A program made the translations under genes and the position numbers. A DNA stretch of 64,000 bases from Acidobacteriota bacterium. Its GTDB lineage: Bacteria; Acidobacteriota; UBA890. Numbering within the stretch: the first letter of the stretch is position 1; each line of letters begins with the position of its first letter. The notes under the pieces were generated by a model, which worked only from the letters and a program-made list of their open reading frames with translations, was not told the DNA's origin and did no database searches. The stretch spans positions 2,512,741-2,576,740 of the forward strand of contig OZ244217.1 of the NCBI GenBank assembly GCA_965216935.1. Reading direction: 5' to 3'. Shown here piece by piece: positions 34,758 to 44,481 of this stretch.

Positions 34758-37642
34758 TGTCGCACCCGCATGACGCCGCGCATCGTCTGCCAGTGGTTGG
34801 GGAAGGTGCAAAGGAAGTCGTAGTCGCCGGCTTCGGTCGGCGCGGTGAACTCGATCATCTGGTACTCGCGGTAGTAGAGCAGCTCGGTGGCGGCGATGAT
34901 CCGATCGTCGTCGGGCAGGAAGCCGACGGCGAAGCCGATCGGCCCGAGCGCGTCTGCCGCGGCGGCAATCTCGGCGGCCGAGCCGGGTTCGCCGATGATC
35001 AGGTTGTGCGGCGAGTAGTCCGGATTCTCGAACCAGATCTTGACGGTCTCGCCCGGGCTCACGGTGAACTCCTCGAGATCGAACCGCATCTGGTCGACCA
35101 CGGTTCTTATGACGATCGCGTCGGGGTCGGGCTCGGGCATCTCGCCGGCTTCGTCGGCGAGCATGGCGGTGAAGTCGAACGGCTCGGCGGCGTTGTTGTC
35201 CCACATCTGGCGGACGCGCTCCGCGGCGATGCGGGCGTGCGGCTCCTCCGAAAAGAGCACCAGGTTGAGCAGGTCGCGGTTCACCACGTTGTGCTGCTGG
35301 TGCACCCAAAGCCCCTCGAGCATGTGGTGGGCGTCCTCGGCGCCGGTCGGGTCGAACTTCTGCAGCCACTCCTCGGTTGCGGCAATCACCTCGGCCGTGT
35401 CGCGCTCCGACAGCTCGACGCGGGCGCGGTAGCGGACGTTGTCGATCGGGTGCTCGAGCGCGGTGAGCAAGTCGGGTATCGATGCGCCGTCGATCTGGAC
35501 GTGCTCCTGCAACGGTCGCTCGGGGACCGAGACCCGGTAAATGCGCCCGTGGGCATGGTCGCGTGCCGGGTCACGCACATTGTGCTGCATGTGACCGATG
35601 ATCGCGTTGGCCCAGTCGGCGACGTAGAGCGCGCCGTCGTCGCCGATCTCGGCGTCCACCGGTCGGAAGTTCGGGTCGCGCGACACCAGCAGGTTGTCGG
35701 TCTCCGTACCCCATACGTCACCGGTCTCGGTGTCGTGCTCGAGCGTGTACTGCTTGATGCCGAGGAAGGCGATGACGTTCAAAATGAGAAAGTTGCCCTG
35801 GTTCTTCTCGGGGAAGTGCGCCGACGACAGGATGGTGCTGGCCGGCACGGGTCTGACCGTGTGATCGAGCAGCCGCTGCATCTGGAAGCCCCCGTCGCCG
35901 GTCGGCTTCACCTGGTAGGCCGATCCGCCCGTGCCGTCGGTGGCGTAGTGGTAGCCCCAGTAATCGAAGCTGACGCCGTGGGGGTTGGGCCGGTTGAGGG
36001 CGTGGAAGCTGAACTCGTACGTGCGCGGGTTGAAGCGATACATCGCCGACTCGCCCGATTCCTGGTTGCTCACCCAGGGCGTCTCGATATTCGAGATGTT
36101 GAAGACGCCGCGCTGGTAGTAAAGAAAGCCGTCAGGCCCGTAGACGAAGTTGTTGGCGGAGTGGTGCGTATCGGCCGAGCCGAGCGCTCCCAGGATCGGG
36201 ATGCGCACATCGGCGACGTCGTCGCCGTCGGTATCCTTCAGGAAGATCAAGTCCGGTACCGAGGCGACGATCACGCCGCCGTTCCAGAACTCGAAACCGG
36301 TCGGGTTGTGCACGTAGGCGAAGGTGATCGCCCGGTCGGCGACGCCGTCGCGGTCGTCGTCCGGCAGGATGATCAGCCGGTCGTTCATCTCCTTGGTGGG
36401 CTCCCACTTCGGATAGGTCGCCCAGGTGGCGGCCCACAGCCGGCCCTTGGTGTCGAGGCCGAGCTGCACCGGGTTCACCAGCTCGGGGAACATCTCCTCG
36501 GAGGCGAACAGGTTGGCGTGCATGCCGTCCTCGAGATCCATCATCTCGATGGCCTCCTCGGCGCCGAGGTACTCGAGGTTGCCGGTCTTGCTGATGCCGT
36601 CCTGAAACTGCGGCACGTCGATGTTCGAGATCACTTCGACCGACTCGGGCACGTTGCTGTCGTCGGGCTCGATCGACTCGCCGCGCGCCGCCGCCCAGAT
36701 CACCGCGTCACGGTTCGCCGCCATGACGTCGAGCTGGACGAGCTCCTGCTGCAGCACCTCGTAGTTGGTCTGCTCGTCGGTGAAGGCGAGGGTCGAGCGG
36801 GTGCCCCAGACGTCGTTGCCGTCGGTGGTGCGAAAGCGATTGAACCAGTGCCAGTTCTTGTCGAGGACGGCCTGGCGCACGGCCTCGAGAGTGTTCTCGT
36901 CGACCTGTGGGTGACGGCCGAGCAACCGGCCGACGATCACCTCGGCGATGGCGCGATTGCCGGCGTGGTTCAGGTGCACGCCGTTGATCGTCAGCGGTGT
37001 ATCCGAACCTTGGTACAGCTCCTGCGATGGGCCGAAAACGTCGATGAACGGCACGTCGTTGTCGTCCGCGACCGCCTGCATCGTCTCGGCATAGGCGGCG
37101 AGTCGACCGTTGTTCTCGCGCCCGTCGGGAAGGTTGGGGTCGTCGAGGTCCTCGTGCGCGATCGGCGAAACGAGCACGATACGCGGCGGGCCTTCACCCG
37201 AGTAGTCCTGCTGCCGGGTGTGATCGATCCACGCCTGCAGGGCTGCGCCGAATCCCTCCGGATCGGCGTCGAACGACTCGTTGTAGCCGAACATCGCGAT
37301 GATGACCTCGGCTTGCGACAGGCCGAGGTAGTCGTCCGGGTTGGGGAATCCCTCGACCCGCGGCCGGTGGTCGATGCGGTCGCCGGCGAATCCCTGGTTG
37401 CGAATGACAAGCTGCAGGTCCGGCAGCTCCGCCTGCAGGTAGGCCTCGAGCCAGCCGTCGTGCTGCATGCGGTCGGCGAGGGCGTTGCCGATCAGCACCA
37501 CGTGATCGCCGGGCTCGAAGAGCGTCTGCTGGGGGCCGCACGCGGTGGTCAGCGTGATTGCCAAGATCAGGGAAGTCACGATCCCACGGATTCGGGCTAT
37601 CGGCTCGTTCGCCGGCCGCACCGCCTTGCCGGCACGGGTCAT
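34754..37642 (-). CDS. Multidomain lipoprotein: SGNH/GDSL hydrolase + beta-propeller (sugar dehydrogenase-like) + HEAT-like + C-terminal cupredoxin (azurin-like)
   Basis: Track ORF 34754..37642. Lipobox-like LTTAC. N-terminal VVLIGNALADRM / GVHLNHAGN (SGNH-like). C-terminal Cu ligands in SPHNL ... FLCTFPNHWQTM. Its ATG overlaps the ThuA stop (ATGA). Confidence 0.85.
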   Translation of the reverse strand: MTRAGKAVRPANEPIARIRGIVTSLILAITLTTACGPQQTLFEPGDHVVLIGNALADRMQHDGWLEAYLQAELPDLQLVIRNQGFAGDRIDHRPRVEGFPNPDDYLGLSQAEVIIAMFGYNESFDADPEGFGAALQAWIDHTRQQDYSGEGPPRIVLVSPIAHEDLDDPNLPDGRENNGRLAAYAETMQAVADDNDVPFIDVFGPSQELYQGSDTPLTINGVHLNHAGNRAIAEVIVGRLLGRHPQVDENTLEAVRQAVLDKNWHWFNRFRTTDGNDVWGTRSTLAFTDEQTNYEVLQQELVQLDVMAANRDAVIWAAARGESIEPDDSNVPESVEVISNIDVPQFQDGISKTGNLEYLGAEEAIEMMDLEDGMHANLFASEEMFPELVNPVQLGLDTKGRLWAATWATYPKWEPTKEMNDRLIILPDDDRDGVADRAITFAYVHNPTGFEFWNGGVIVASVPDLIFLKDTDGDDVADVRIPILGALGSADTHHSANNFVYGPDGFLYYQRGVFNISNIETPWVSNQESGESAMYRFNPRTYEFSFHALNRPNPHGVSFDYWGYHYATDGTGGSAYQVKPTGDGGFQMQRLLDHTVRPVPASTILSSAHFPEKNQGNFLILNVIAFLGIKQYTLEHDTETGDVWGTETDNLLVSRDPNFRPVDAEIGDDGALYVADWANAIIGHMQHNVRDPARDHAHGRIYRVSVPERPLQEHVQIDGASIPDLLTALEHPIDNVRYRARVELSERDTAEVIAATEEWLQKFDPTGAEDAHHMLEGLWVHQQHNVVNRDLLNLVLFSEEPHARIAAERVRQMWDNNAAEPFDFTAMLADEAGEMPEPDPDAIVIRTVVDQMRFDLEEFTVSPGETVKIWFENPDYSPHNLIIGEPGSAAEIAAAADALGPIGFAVGFLPDDDRIIAATELLYYREYQMIEFTAPTEAGDYDFLCTFPNHWQTMRGVMRVRQ

Positions 37643-38772
37643 CGGGCCGCTCGCCCGTCGCGGCGTTCATGCGGTCGCGACGCCTCCGAGTCCGGATGCT
37701 CTCGCCCGTCGCCGGTGGGCTTGTCGGGCGACATGATTGGGGTGTCCCAACCGGCCATGTCGGCGGGTCGTACGCCGAGGCGGTAGCCGTCGAACGCGTA
37801 GGTCACGGGGTGATACGGGCCGACGAGCGAGACGTCGAGGTCGGCGGTGATGGCGTCTTCCGCACCCACGGCCCAGAGCGCTGCGTTGACCATCAAGCGG
37901 CGAAACGACGGGTCGACGAAATCCTCGGAGGCGCCGTGCGTCGTGGTGAACACACGCGCCGGCGATCCGTCCGCGGCAGCGTAGGTTCGCGTCCAGGCGA
38001 CCGGCAGCAGCTCCTTTTCGGGATCGGGCGGCGCATCGGCGTTCATGCCGTTGAGGACCTGCCCGCGCAGGAGAACCTCCACGTCCGCCGGCGGGACCGC
38101 GTTGTAGCCGCCGGACTGGACGTGGGCGACGCCGACCCCGCGCATGATCGGGTGAGCCGCCGCGGCGGCCACGTCCGCGCCGTCCGCATCGACCGCTCTG
38201 AGCAGCGAGCTTTGCTGGTGGTTGGTGCCGTAGTGACCCACCCAGGTCTCACCCAGCACCTGGCGACCGAATCCCCCGGCGTAGGCGGGATCTTCGTTGT
38301 TCCAGGTGTACTTGAGAAACGGGCCGTCGGCGATACGGAACGCATGGGTCGACGTGCGGATGCCGATCACCGGGCCGCCCCGGTCCAGGTAGTCGACGAA
38401 GTGCCGCATTTCCTCGTCGGGGAAATCCTGGAAGCGCAGGCCGACGATCATGAGATCGGCGGTGCGCAGCGCCTCGAGGCCGCGAATGTTCGAGCTGCCC
38501 GGCTCGATGAAACCGTCGTCGTCCAGGGTGAAAAAGACACTGGCCGTGAAGCCGAACCGGCGCGCCAGGATGCGGCCGAGCGCCGGAAGGATCTCCTCGG
38601 AACGATATTCGTGGTCGCCGGCGACCAGCACCACGTGCTTGCCCAGGCCCGGGCCGGAGGTGCCTTCGTAGACGACGAGGTGGGGGTTGTCCTGCGGTGG
38701 GGCTGTGGCCGGCATCGCCGCGGAGATGAGGATCGATAGCATCAGGAGCAGGGTACGCATCGGAATCTCCAT
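37639..38772 (-). CDS. ThuA-domain protein (secreted)
   Basis: C-terminal part of track ORF 37639..39657; start ATG 38772 (or 38760, MRTLLLML signal peptide). ThuA-like HVVLVAGDHEYRSEEILP ... GGPVIGIRTSTHAF. Confidence 0.8.
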   Translation of the reverse strand: MEIPMRTLLLMLSILISAAMPATAPPQDNPHLVVYEGTSGPGLGKHVVLVAGDHEYRSEEILPALGRILARRFGFTASVFFTLDDDGFIEPGSSNIRGLEALRTADLMIVGLRFQDFPDEEMRHFVDYLDRGGPVIGIRTSTHAFRIADGPFLKYTWNNEDPAYAGGFGRQVLGETWVGHYGTNHQQSSLLRAVDADGADVAAAAAHPIMRGVGVAHVQSGGYNAVPPADVEVLLRGQVLNGMNADAPPDPEKELLPVAWTRTYAAADGSPARVFTTTHGASEDFVDPSFRRLMVNAALWAVGAEDAITADLDVSLVGPYHPVTYAFDGYRLGVRPADMAGWDTPIMSPDKPTGDGREHPDSEASRPHERRDGRAAR

Positions 38773-38904
38773 GTCTGTGCGGCGAAAGCGGCCTCTGGGC
38801 AGCGCAGATTCTAGCGGCAAACGGGTCCCCGTCCCACCGTCCGTGGGCGGGGTCCGGTCCGAGCTCCGGCGTCCGAACCGCGGCCTGCTAGGATCGCCGG
38901 TGCG

Positions 38905-40410
38905 ATGAACTTCAATGGGCTGCGCTCCAAGATCGGTCTCTTCGGCGTTCCGGCCGCCGCGCTGGCCGTACTGCTGTTCGCGGACCTCGACCCCGGGCGT
39001 CCAGAGATCACCCGGATGGCGGCGGTGGCGGTCCTGATGGCCGGCTGGTGGATCACCGAGGCCATCCCGATCCCGGCCACCTCGCTGCTGCCGGTGGCCT
39101 TGTTTCCGCTGCTCGGCATCCTCGACGGCAAGGTCACGGCGGCCCTCTACTTCAACGACACGATCTTCCTGTTCATCGGCGGCTTCATCTTCGCCCTGGC
39201 CATGCAGCGATGGCAGCTGCACCGGCGCATTGCCCTGCGCATCATCCTGACCCTCGGCTCGGGTCCGATGCGGCTGATGCTCGGCTTCATGGTAGCGACC
39301 TGGTTCCTGTCGATGTGGATCTCGAACACGGCCACGACGATGATGATGGTGCCGATGGCCATGGCGATCGTGCTGCAGTTGCGCGAGCAGTTCGGTGGCG
39401 AGGCGGTATCGACCTATGCGATCGGCTTGCTCCTGGGCGTTGCGTACTCGGCCTCGATCGGCGGCATCGCGACGATCATCGGCACGCCGCCGAACCTCTC
39501 CTTCCGCCGCATTCTCACCATCCTCTTCCCGCAGGCGCCGGAGATCACGTTCGCCGACTGGTTCATCTTCGCCCTGCCGTTGTCGGTCGTGTTCCTGCTC
39601 GTCTGCTGGGGCTTTCTGGGGAGGTTGTTTGCTCGTGAAACCGGCATCGACGACCACAACACCGACATGTTCCAGCGCGAGTACGCCAAGTTGGGGCCGG
39701 TCGGCTTCGAAGAACGCGCCGTGTCGGCGCTTTTCGGACTGCTCGTGTTCCTCTGGATGTTCCGTCGGGATCTCTTCTTCATCCCCGGCTGGTCGCGCCT
39801 CCTACCGGATCCCGAACTTGCGTACGACGGCACCGCCGCGATCGTCGTGGCGATCATCCTGTTCCTGATTCCGGCGCGCTCCCGCCCCGGCGAGCGCTTG
39901 ATGGACTGGGAGACGGCCGTTCAATTGAAGTGGGGGATCGTGTTGCTGTTCGGTGGCGGGTTTGCGCTCGCCGGCGGCTTTGCCGAGTCGGGACTGTCGA
40001 CGTGGCTGGGGGAGAACCTGTCGACGTTCGCCGACTACCCGCCGATCGTTCTGGTGCTGGTTACCTGTGCAGCGATTACCTTCCTGACCGAGTTGACGTC
40101 CAACGCCGCGACGACGGAGATGGCGCTGCCCGTTCTCGGCTCCCTGGCGGTGGCCATCGAGGTGAACCCGTTGCTGTTGATGGTACCGGCGACGCTGAGC
40201 GCGTCGTGCGCCTTCATGCTGCCGGTGGCGACGCCGCCCAACGCCATTGCATTCGGCTCCGGCGAATTGCCGATGAGGGACATGGTGCGCACCGGCATCT
40301 TCTTGAACCTGATCGGGGTGGTGTTGATCACCGCGGCGATCTATCTGATCGGCCTCTCCGCGCTCGACATCGACCTGACGTCGATGCCGGACTGGGCGGT
40401 AACGCCCTAG
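38905..40410 (+). CDS. DASS/SLC13-family divalent anion:Na+ symporter
   Basis: Track ORF 38905..40410. Polytopic membrane protein. Duplicated hairpin motifs SNTATTMMMVP and SNAATTEMALP. Confidence 0.85.
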   Translation: MNFNGLRSKIGLFGVPAAALAVLLFADLDPGRPEITRMAAVAVLMAGWWITEAIPIPATSLLPVALFPLLGILDGKVTAALYFNDTIFLFIGGFIFALAMQRWQLHRRIALRIILTLGSGPMRLMLGFMVATWFLSMWISNTATTMMMVPMAMAIVLQLREQFGGEAVSTYAIGLLLGVAYSASIGGIATIIGTPPNLSFRRILTILFPQAPEITFADWFIFALPLSVVFLLVCWGFLGRLFARETGIDDHNTDMFQREYAKLGPVGFEERAVSALFGLLVFLWMFRRDLFFIPGWSRLLPDPELAYDGTAAIVVAIILFLIPARSRPGERLMDWETAVQLKWGIVLLFGGGFALAGGFAESGLSTWLGENLSTFADYPPIVLVLVTCAAITFLTELTSNAATTEMALPVLGSLAVAIEVNPLLLMVPATLSASCAFMLPVATPPNAIAFGSGELPMRDMVRTGIFLNLIGVVLITAAIYLIGLSALDIDLTSMPDWAVTP

Positions 40411-40420
40411 CTGCGTCTCT

Positions 40421-40525
40421 TCACGCGCGTCGCCCTAGCCGTTTCCTGCCATTACGCGTCGCCCTGGCCGTTTTCTGCCATCTCGGGTCGCCCCGGCCGC
40501 CTCCGTCCATCAGGCATCGCCCTGG
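40421..40525. repeat. Tandem repeat, ~29-30-nt unit x3.5 (CGCGTCGCCCTGGCCGTTTYCTGCCAT-like)
   Basis: Starts about 10 nt after the DASS stop. The last degenerate copy overlaps the 3' end of the XRE-like remnant on the minus strand. Confidence 0.75.
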
Positions 40526-40689
40526 TACTCGAACACCTCGTCGACGGTCATTCCGAAAGTGCGAGCGATGCGGAAGGCCAGGGCGAGCGAGGGCGCATAG
40601 CGACCCTGCTCGAGCAGGACGATCGATCGGTCGAATCCCGGCAGGGGTAGCGCTCCGATCACGGGGCTCACATTGGTCGCAGGCCACAT
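40510..40689 (-). pseudogene. Truncated XRE-family HTH regulator remnant (59 codons)
   Basis: Not in the track (below 60 aa). Translation MWPATNVSPVIGALPLPGFDRSIVLLEQGRYAPSLALAFRIARTFGMTVDEVFEYQGDA. The C-terminal two thirds look like a small XRE repressor (..EkGrY.PSL.LAfkIArvFg..veevF) but the first helix is missing. An in-frame stop lies immediately upstream of the ATG. Confidence 0.35.
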
Positions 40690-40764
40690 TCAGGTCCCGG
40701 CAGCGCACCCCGGCACGCGGGTGTAGCATCGAAATGCGAGTCCTGCCGACCAGGGGAGGCCACG

Positions 40765-42039
40765 GTGAAGCCCAAGGACAAGGCGTACATTGGCGACAAG
40801 GAGCTCAAGCCGGAAAGTCTGATGATGAGCTACGGATACGATCCGAAGCTCTCGATGGGGGCCGTCAAGAGCCCGATCTTCCAGACCTCGACCTTCGTGT
40901 TCGAGAGCGCCGAGGCCGGCAAGGCGTTCTTCGAGGTGGCCTACGGGCTGCGTGAGAAGGGGCCTACGGAAGAGCTCGGTCTGATCTACAGCCGGTTGAA
41001 CAACCCGGATCTGGAGATCCTGGAGGACCGGCTGACGCTCTGGGATCGGGCTGACGCCGCAGCCGTGTTCGACAGCGGCATGGGGGCCATCAGCACGACC
41101 CTGTTCGCTCTGCTCAGCCCGGGAGACGTGGTGCTGTACAGCGAGCCGGTGTATGGCGGCACCGACTACTTCCTCAACCACATCCTGCCGCGCTTCGGTA
41201 TCGAGTCGGTTGGCTTCCACGCCGGCATCGGCGCCGAAGAGGTGCGGCAACGGGTCGCGACCGCGGGGATCGCCGACCGGATTCGGATGATCTACGTCGA
41301 AACCCCGGCGAATCCGACCAACGCACTCGTCGACCTGGAGATGTGCTCAGAGCTCGCCGGCGAGCTCAGCGGAGCCGATCGCGAGGTGCTCGTAGCGGTG
41401 GACAACACCTTCCTCGGTCCGCTGTGGCAGCACCCGATCGAGTTCGGCGCCCACCTGGTGCTGTACTCGGCCACCAAGTACATCGGCGGCCATTCCGACA
41501 TCATCGCCGGCGTTTGTCTCGGCAGGGCCGACCTGATGGAGCAGGTGCGGGCCCATCGGACGTTCTTCGGCTCGATGGCGGGGCCATGGACGGGGTGGTT
41601 GCTGATGCGCAGCCTCGAGACGCTGAAGCTCCGGATGACGTCGCAGATGAAGAACGCCCGCTACGTCGCCGATTTCCTCGAGGAGCACCCCAAGGTCGAC
41701 CGGGTCTACTACCTCGGGCACCTGACCGAGGATGATCCCCAGCACGCCATCTACCGGAAGCAGTGCATCGCGCCCGGCGGAATGGTGTCGTTCGACGTCC
41801 GCGGCGGGGAGGCGGAGGCGTTCCGCTTCCTGAATGCCCTGAAGCTCTTCAAGCTCGCGGTCAGCCTGGGCGGCACCGAGTCGCTGGCCGAGCATCCGGC
41901 GAGCATGACCCATTCGGACATTGTTCCTGAGTTGCGGGCGCAGCACGGAATCGGCGAGAACCTGGTGCGGCTGTCGATCGGTGTAGAGGCTCCGGACGAC
42001 CAGATCGCCGATGTCGAACAGGCGCTCGAGGCCGTATGA
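40765..42039 (+). CDS. Cys/Met-metabolism PLP-dependent enzyme (cystathionine gamma-synthase / methionine gamma-lyase family)
   Basis: Track ORF 40765..42039 (GTG start). PLP-Lys motif YSATKYIGGHSD. Family-typical SPIFQTSTFVF and YSRLNNPD. Confidence 0.85.
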   Translation: MKPKDKAYIGDKELKPESLMMSYGYDPKLSMGAVKSPIFQTSTFVFESAEAGKAFFEVAYGLREKGPTEELGLIYSRLNNPDLEILEDRLTLWDRADAAAVFDSGMGAISTTLFALLSPGDVVLYSEPVYGGTDYFLNHILPRFGIESVGFHAGIGAEEVRQRVATAGIADRIRMIYVETPANPTNALVDLEMCSELAGELSGADREVLVAVDNTFLGPLWQHPIEFGAHLVLYSATKYIGGHSDIIAGVCLGRADLMEQVRAHRTFFGSMAGPWTGWLLMRSLETLKLRMTSQMKNARYVADFLEEHPKVDRVYYLGHLTEDDPQHAIYRKQCIAPGGMVSFDVRGGEAEAFRFLNALKLFKLAVSLGGTESLAEHPASMTHSDIVPELRAQHGIGENLVRLSIGVEAPDDQIADVEQALEAV

Positions 42040-43334
42040 GCTCGAAACCCGAGCGTAGCTCGCACCCCGATACGAGTCCGCGACCGGACACACGGGTTCT
42101 CTGGGACATGGGAACCCTTCCGTTCCACATGGGACCGCTCCCCGAACCTCGTGTCGACGGCTTTCCCGAGCGGATGCGTTTCCGGGTGGGTTACGAAGAT
42201 GGTCTCGGCCTGTTCACCCAGGTATACGACGAAGACGTGATGGAGGCGCTCCACGCGGTCTACGCGCGCGGTTCCCAGCTCGGGATCCCGATGGGAGATC
42301 AGGGCCTGGGCAAGGCGTACGCGGACGACTTCGAGGGCGTCATTCGCGATTGGCAGGGCGAGGGACTGGCCGATAGCGACGTCCTCGAGATCGGCTGCGG
42401 GTCGGGACACTTGCTGGCGGCGCTGGCAGCGGCGGGGGCGCGACCGTTCGGCGTCGAGCCCGATCCGCGCTGCGCCGAGGCGATGCGGAGCCGGGGGATC
42501 GGGGTCGCCACCTGCGAGCTCGACGAGTTCGAGCCCGACCGGACGTTCGACACCGTGCTGCATTACTGCGTCTGGGAGCACGCTCCGGACCCGGTGGACT
42601 TCCTCGCTCGCCAGCGGTCGCTGCTGAAACCGGGCGGCCGCATCATCGCGGCGGTGCCGGATTGCACCGAGGCGCTCGCGGCGGGCGACATTTCGATCTT
42701 CATTCATCAGCACTGGAGCTACTTCTCCATCGAGTCGTTGAACCGGGTGGCTGACGCAGCCGGTTTGCGGGTCGATGACCTCCGGCACGCTCGAGTCGGC
42801 GGCGTTCTCTACGCGATGATGAGCGCCGACGATCGCTCCGCAGCGGCCGGCGCCGGCGGACCCGATGCGGCCGAGCCCGGCGGAGACGAACAGGCCGAGC
42901 AGGGCGGGGACGCTTCGGCCAACCCCGGCGCTGCCGACGCCGGAAGCCGAGCCAGCCAGATCGAGCCCGGGCGGGTGATCGAGCGCGCCCGCCGATCGAC
43001 CGAGAGCTTCGTGCAATACGTCCGCAAGACAGCCGAGGACGGCCGCAGCCTGGGTATTTATTGCCCGACCCGGGCTTTCAACTTCGTGCCGGAAGGGGAC
43101 GAGATCGTCGCCGGTCCGCGCCTCTTCGACGACGCGCCGTTGTTGCTCGGCAAGTTCGTGCCACCCTTCCGCTCGCCGGTCGAGAATATCGAGGACCTCG
43201 TGGCGCGGCCCGTCGACGAGGTGTTGATCATGTCGCGCTCCTTCGGGCAGGCAATCGAGCGTGCCATCCGTGAGCACTTGCCCGGGTCGGAGCTACGGGT
43301 GCGCCACATCGACGACGTGCTGGACGGCGGATGA
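42036..43334 (+). CDS. Class I SAM-dependent methyltransferase with C-methyltransferase-type C-terminal domain (NDP-hexose C-methyltransferase-like)
   Basis: ATGA overlap with the PLP gene stop. SAM motif VLEIGCGSGHLL, then LHYCVWEHAPDP. C-terminal Rossmann-like GIYCPTRAFNFV...DDAPLLLGKFVP...VDEVLIMS. Confidence 0.75.
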   Translation: MSSKPERSSHPDTSPRPDTRVLWDMGTLPFHMGPLPEPRVDGFPERMRFRVGYEDGLGLFTQVYDEDVMEALHAVYARGSQLGIPMGDQGLGKAYADDFEGVIRDWQGEGLADSDVLEIGCGSGHLLAALAAAGARPFGVEPDPRCAEAMRSRGIGVATCELDEFEPDRTFDTVLHYCVWEHAPDPVDFLARQRSLLKPGGRIIAAVPDCTEALAAGDISIFIHQHWSYFSIESLNRVADAAGLRVDDLRHARVGGVLYAMMSADDRSAAAGAGGPDAAEPGGDEQAEQGGDASANPGAADAGSRASQIEPGRVIERARRSTESFVQYVRKTAEDGRSLGIYCPTRAFNFVPEGDEIVAGPRLFDDAPLLLGKFVPPFRSPVENIEDLVARPVDEVLIMSRSFGQAIERAIREHLPGSELRVRHIDDVLDGG

Positions 43335-43422
43335 TCCGCGCGCTGGCCGGCGCCGGGCGAGCGCAGGTGCGGACGTGAGACGACGCTTCGGCGGAGGCGA
43401 CGCGGGCCGGGGCCCGGGTGCG

Positions 43423-44481
43423 ATGGTGTGGGTGACCGGGGCAACAGGGTTTCTCGGGTCGGCCACGTGCGACGCCCTCTGCCGGTCGGGGTTTGGCGTT
43501 ACTGCGGTGACCCAACGGGTCTTTCGCCGAGACGAAGGCTCGTCGGACGAGCCGGCAGGCGGGGGGCGGGATCCGAGACGCCCCGGGAGCCGCCGCCGGG
43601 CAGGCGACAGCGGCCATCGCGTCGTGGTTGCCTGCGATCTTGCCATGGGGCCACCTCCCTGCCGGTCGGAGCTGACGCCGCCGGATGCGGTCGTCCACCT
43701 GGCCGCGGAGATTCCCCCCGCATTCGAGGGCAAGGCCGCCGAGCGGTCCGCGGAGCGAAACCGGGCGATCGACCGCAACGTCTTCGACTTCGCCGTCTCG
43801 CAGGGAGCCGCGGTGGTGTTCGCCTCGTCGGGAAGCGTCTACGGAGAGGGGCGCGGGCAGGTGTTTACGGAAACGGATGCCGTCTCGCCGCGCGGACCGT
43901 ACGCCGCCGGAAAGGCGGATTCGGAGCGCCGCGGTGTCGCTCTGACCAAGGGGGCCGGCCTTCCCTTCGCCGCGCTGCGAATCAGTGCGCCGTACGGTCC
44001 GGGCCAGCGCACCCGGACGGTCGTGCGGCATTTCCTCGAGCGTGCCATGGCAGGCGAGCGAATCGAGTATCACGGCAGTGGAAGTCGTATGCAGGACTTC
44101 GTCTATGTGACCGATGTTGCCGACGCTGTTGTTCGCTGCCTGGAGGCCGCGGCAGACGGTGTTTTCAACGTCGCCTCCGGCCGGCCGGTGACGATGCGCG
44201 AGCTGGCCGAGGTCGTAGCCGCGGTGGTCGGCGACGAGGTTGGCAGGGAAGTGGACATCGGACCGTCCGGGCAGCCTGACCCGCAGGAGGGGCTGACGGC
44301 CGACTATGCCGTCGACGCGATCCGCTCGACCGGATGGGAGCCCCGTACGACCTTGCGCGAGGGGTTGGAATGCTGGCGAGATGTGCTCGCCGGCAGCGGC
44401 AGCGGCGGTGGCGGTGGCTGCGGAGGCGGCGGAGGAGGCGGCAGCGGCGGTGGCGGTGGCTGCGGAGGCGGAGGGTCGTGA
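43423..44481 (+). CDS. NAD-dependent epimerase/dehydratase (extended SDR) with Gly-rich C-terminal tail
   Basis: In frame with track ORF 43261..44481; ATG 43423 gives MVWVTGATGFLGS (GxxGxxG). Active-site YAAGK. Tail GSGSGGGGGCGGGGGGGSGGGGGCGGGGS. Confidence 0.8.
   Translation: MVWVTGATGFLGSATCDALCRSGFGVTAVTQRVFRRDEGSSDEPAGGGRDPRRPGSRRRAGDSGHRVVVACDLAMGPPPCRSELTPPDAVVHLAAEIPPAFEGKAAERSAERNRAIDRNVFDFAVSQGAAVVFASSGSVYGEGRGQVFTETDAVSPRGPYAAGKADSERRGVALTKGAGLPFAALRISAPYGPGQRTRTVVRHFLERAMAGERIEYHGSGSRMQDFVYVTDVADAVVRCLEAAADGVFNVASGRPVTMRELAEVVAAVVGDEVGREVDIGPSGQPDPQEGLTADYAVDAIRSTGWEPRTTLREGLECWRDVLAGSGSGGGGGCGGGGGGGSGGGGGCGGGGS
44392..44478 (+). repeat. In-frame GGN-rich direct duplication (~39-42 nt x2) encoding the Gly-rich tail
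   Basis: GGCAGCGGCGGTGGCGGTGGCTGCGGAGGCGG occurs twice within the last 90 nt of the epimerase gene. Confidence 0.8.

Noticed and set aside
24433-39657. N-terminal extensions of track ORFs (24433..26637, 32542..34623, 33876..35369, 37639..39657; also 10727..13639, 19760..22405, 51705..54110, 58161..59990)
   Set aside because: The extensions run through neighbouring genes or intergenic DNA and translate to Arg-rich junk. Internal starts with an RBS-like sequence, stop/start overlap or a signal peptide were used instead.
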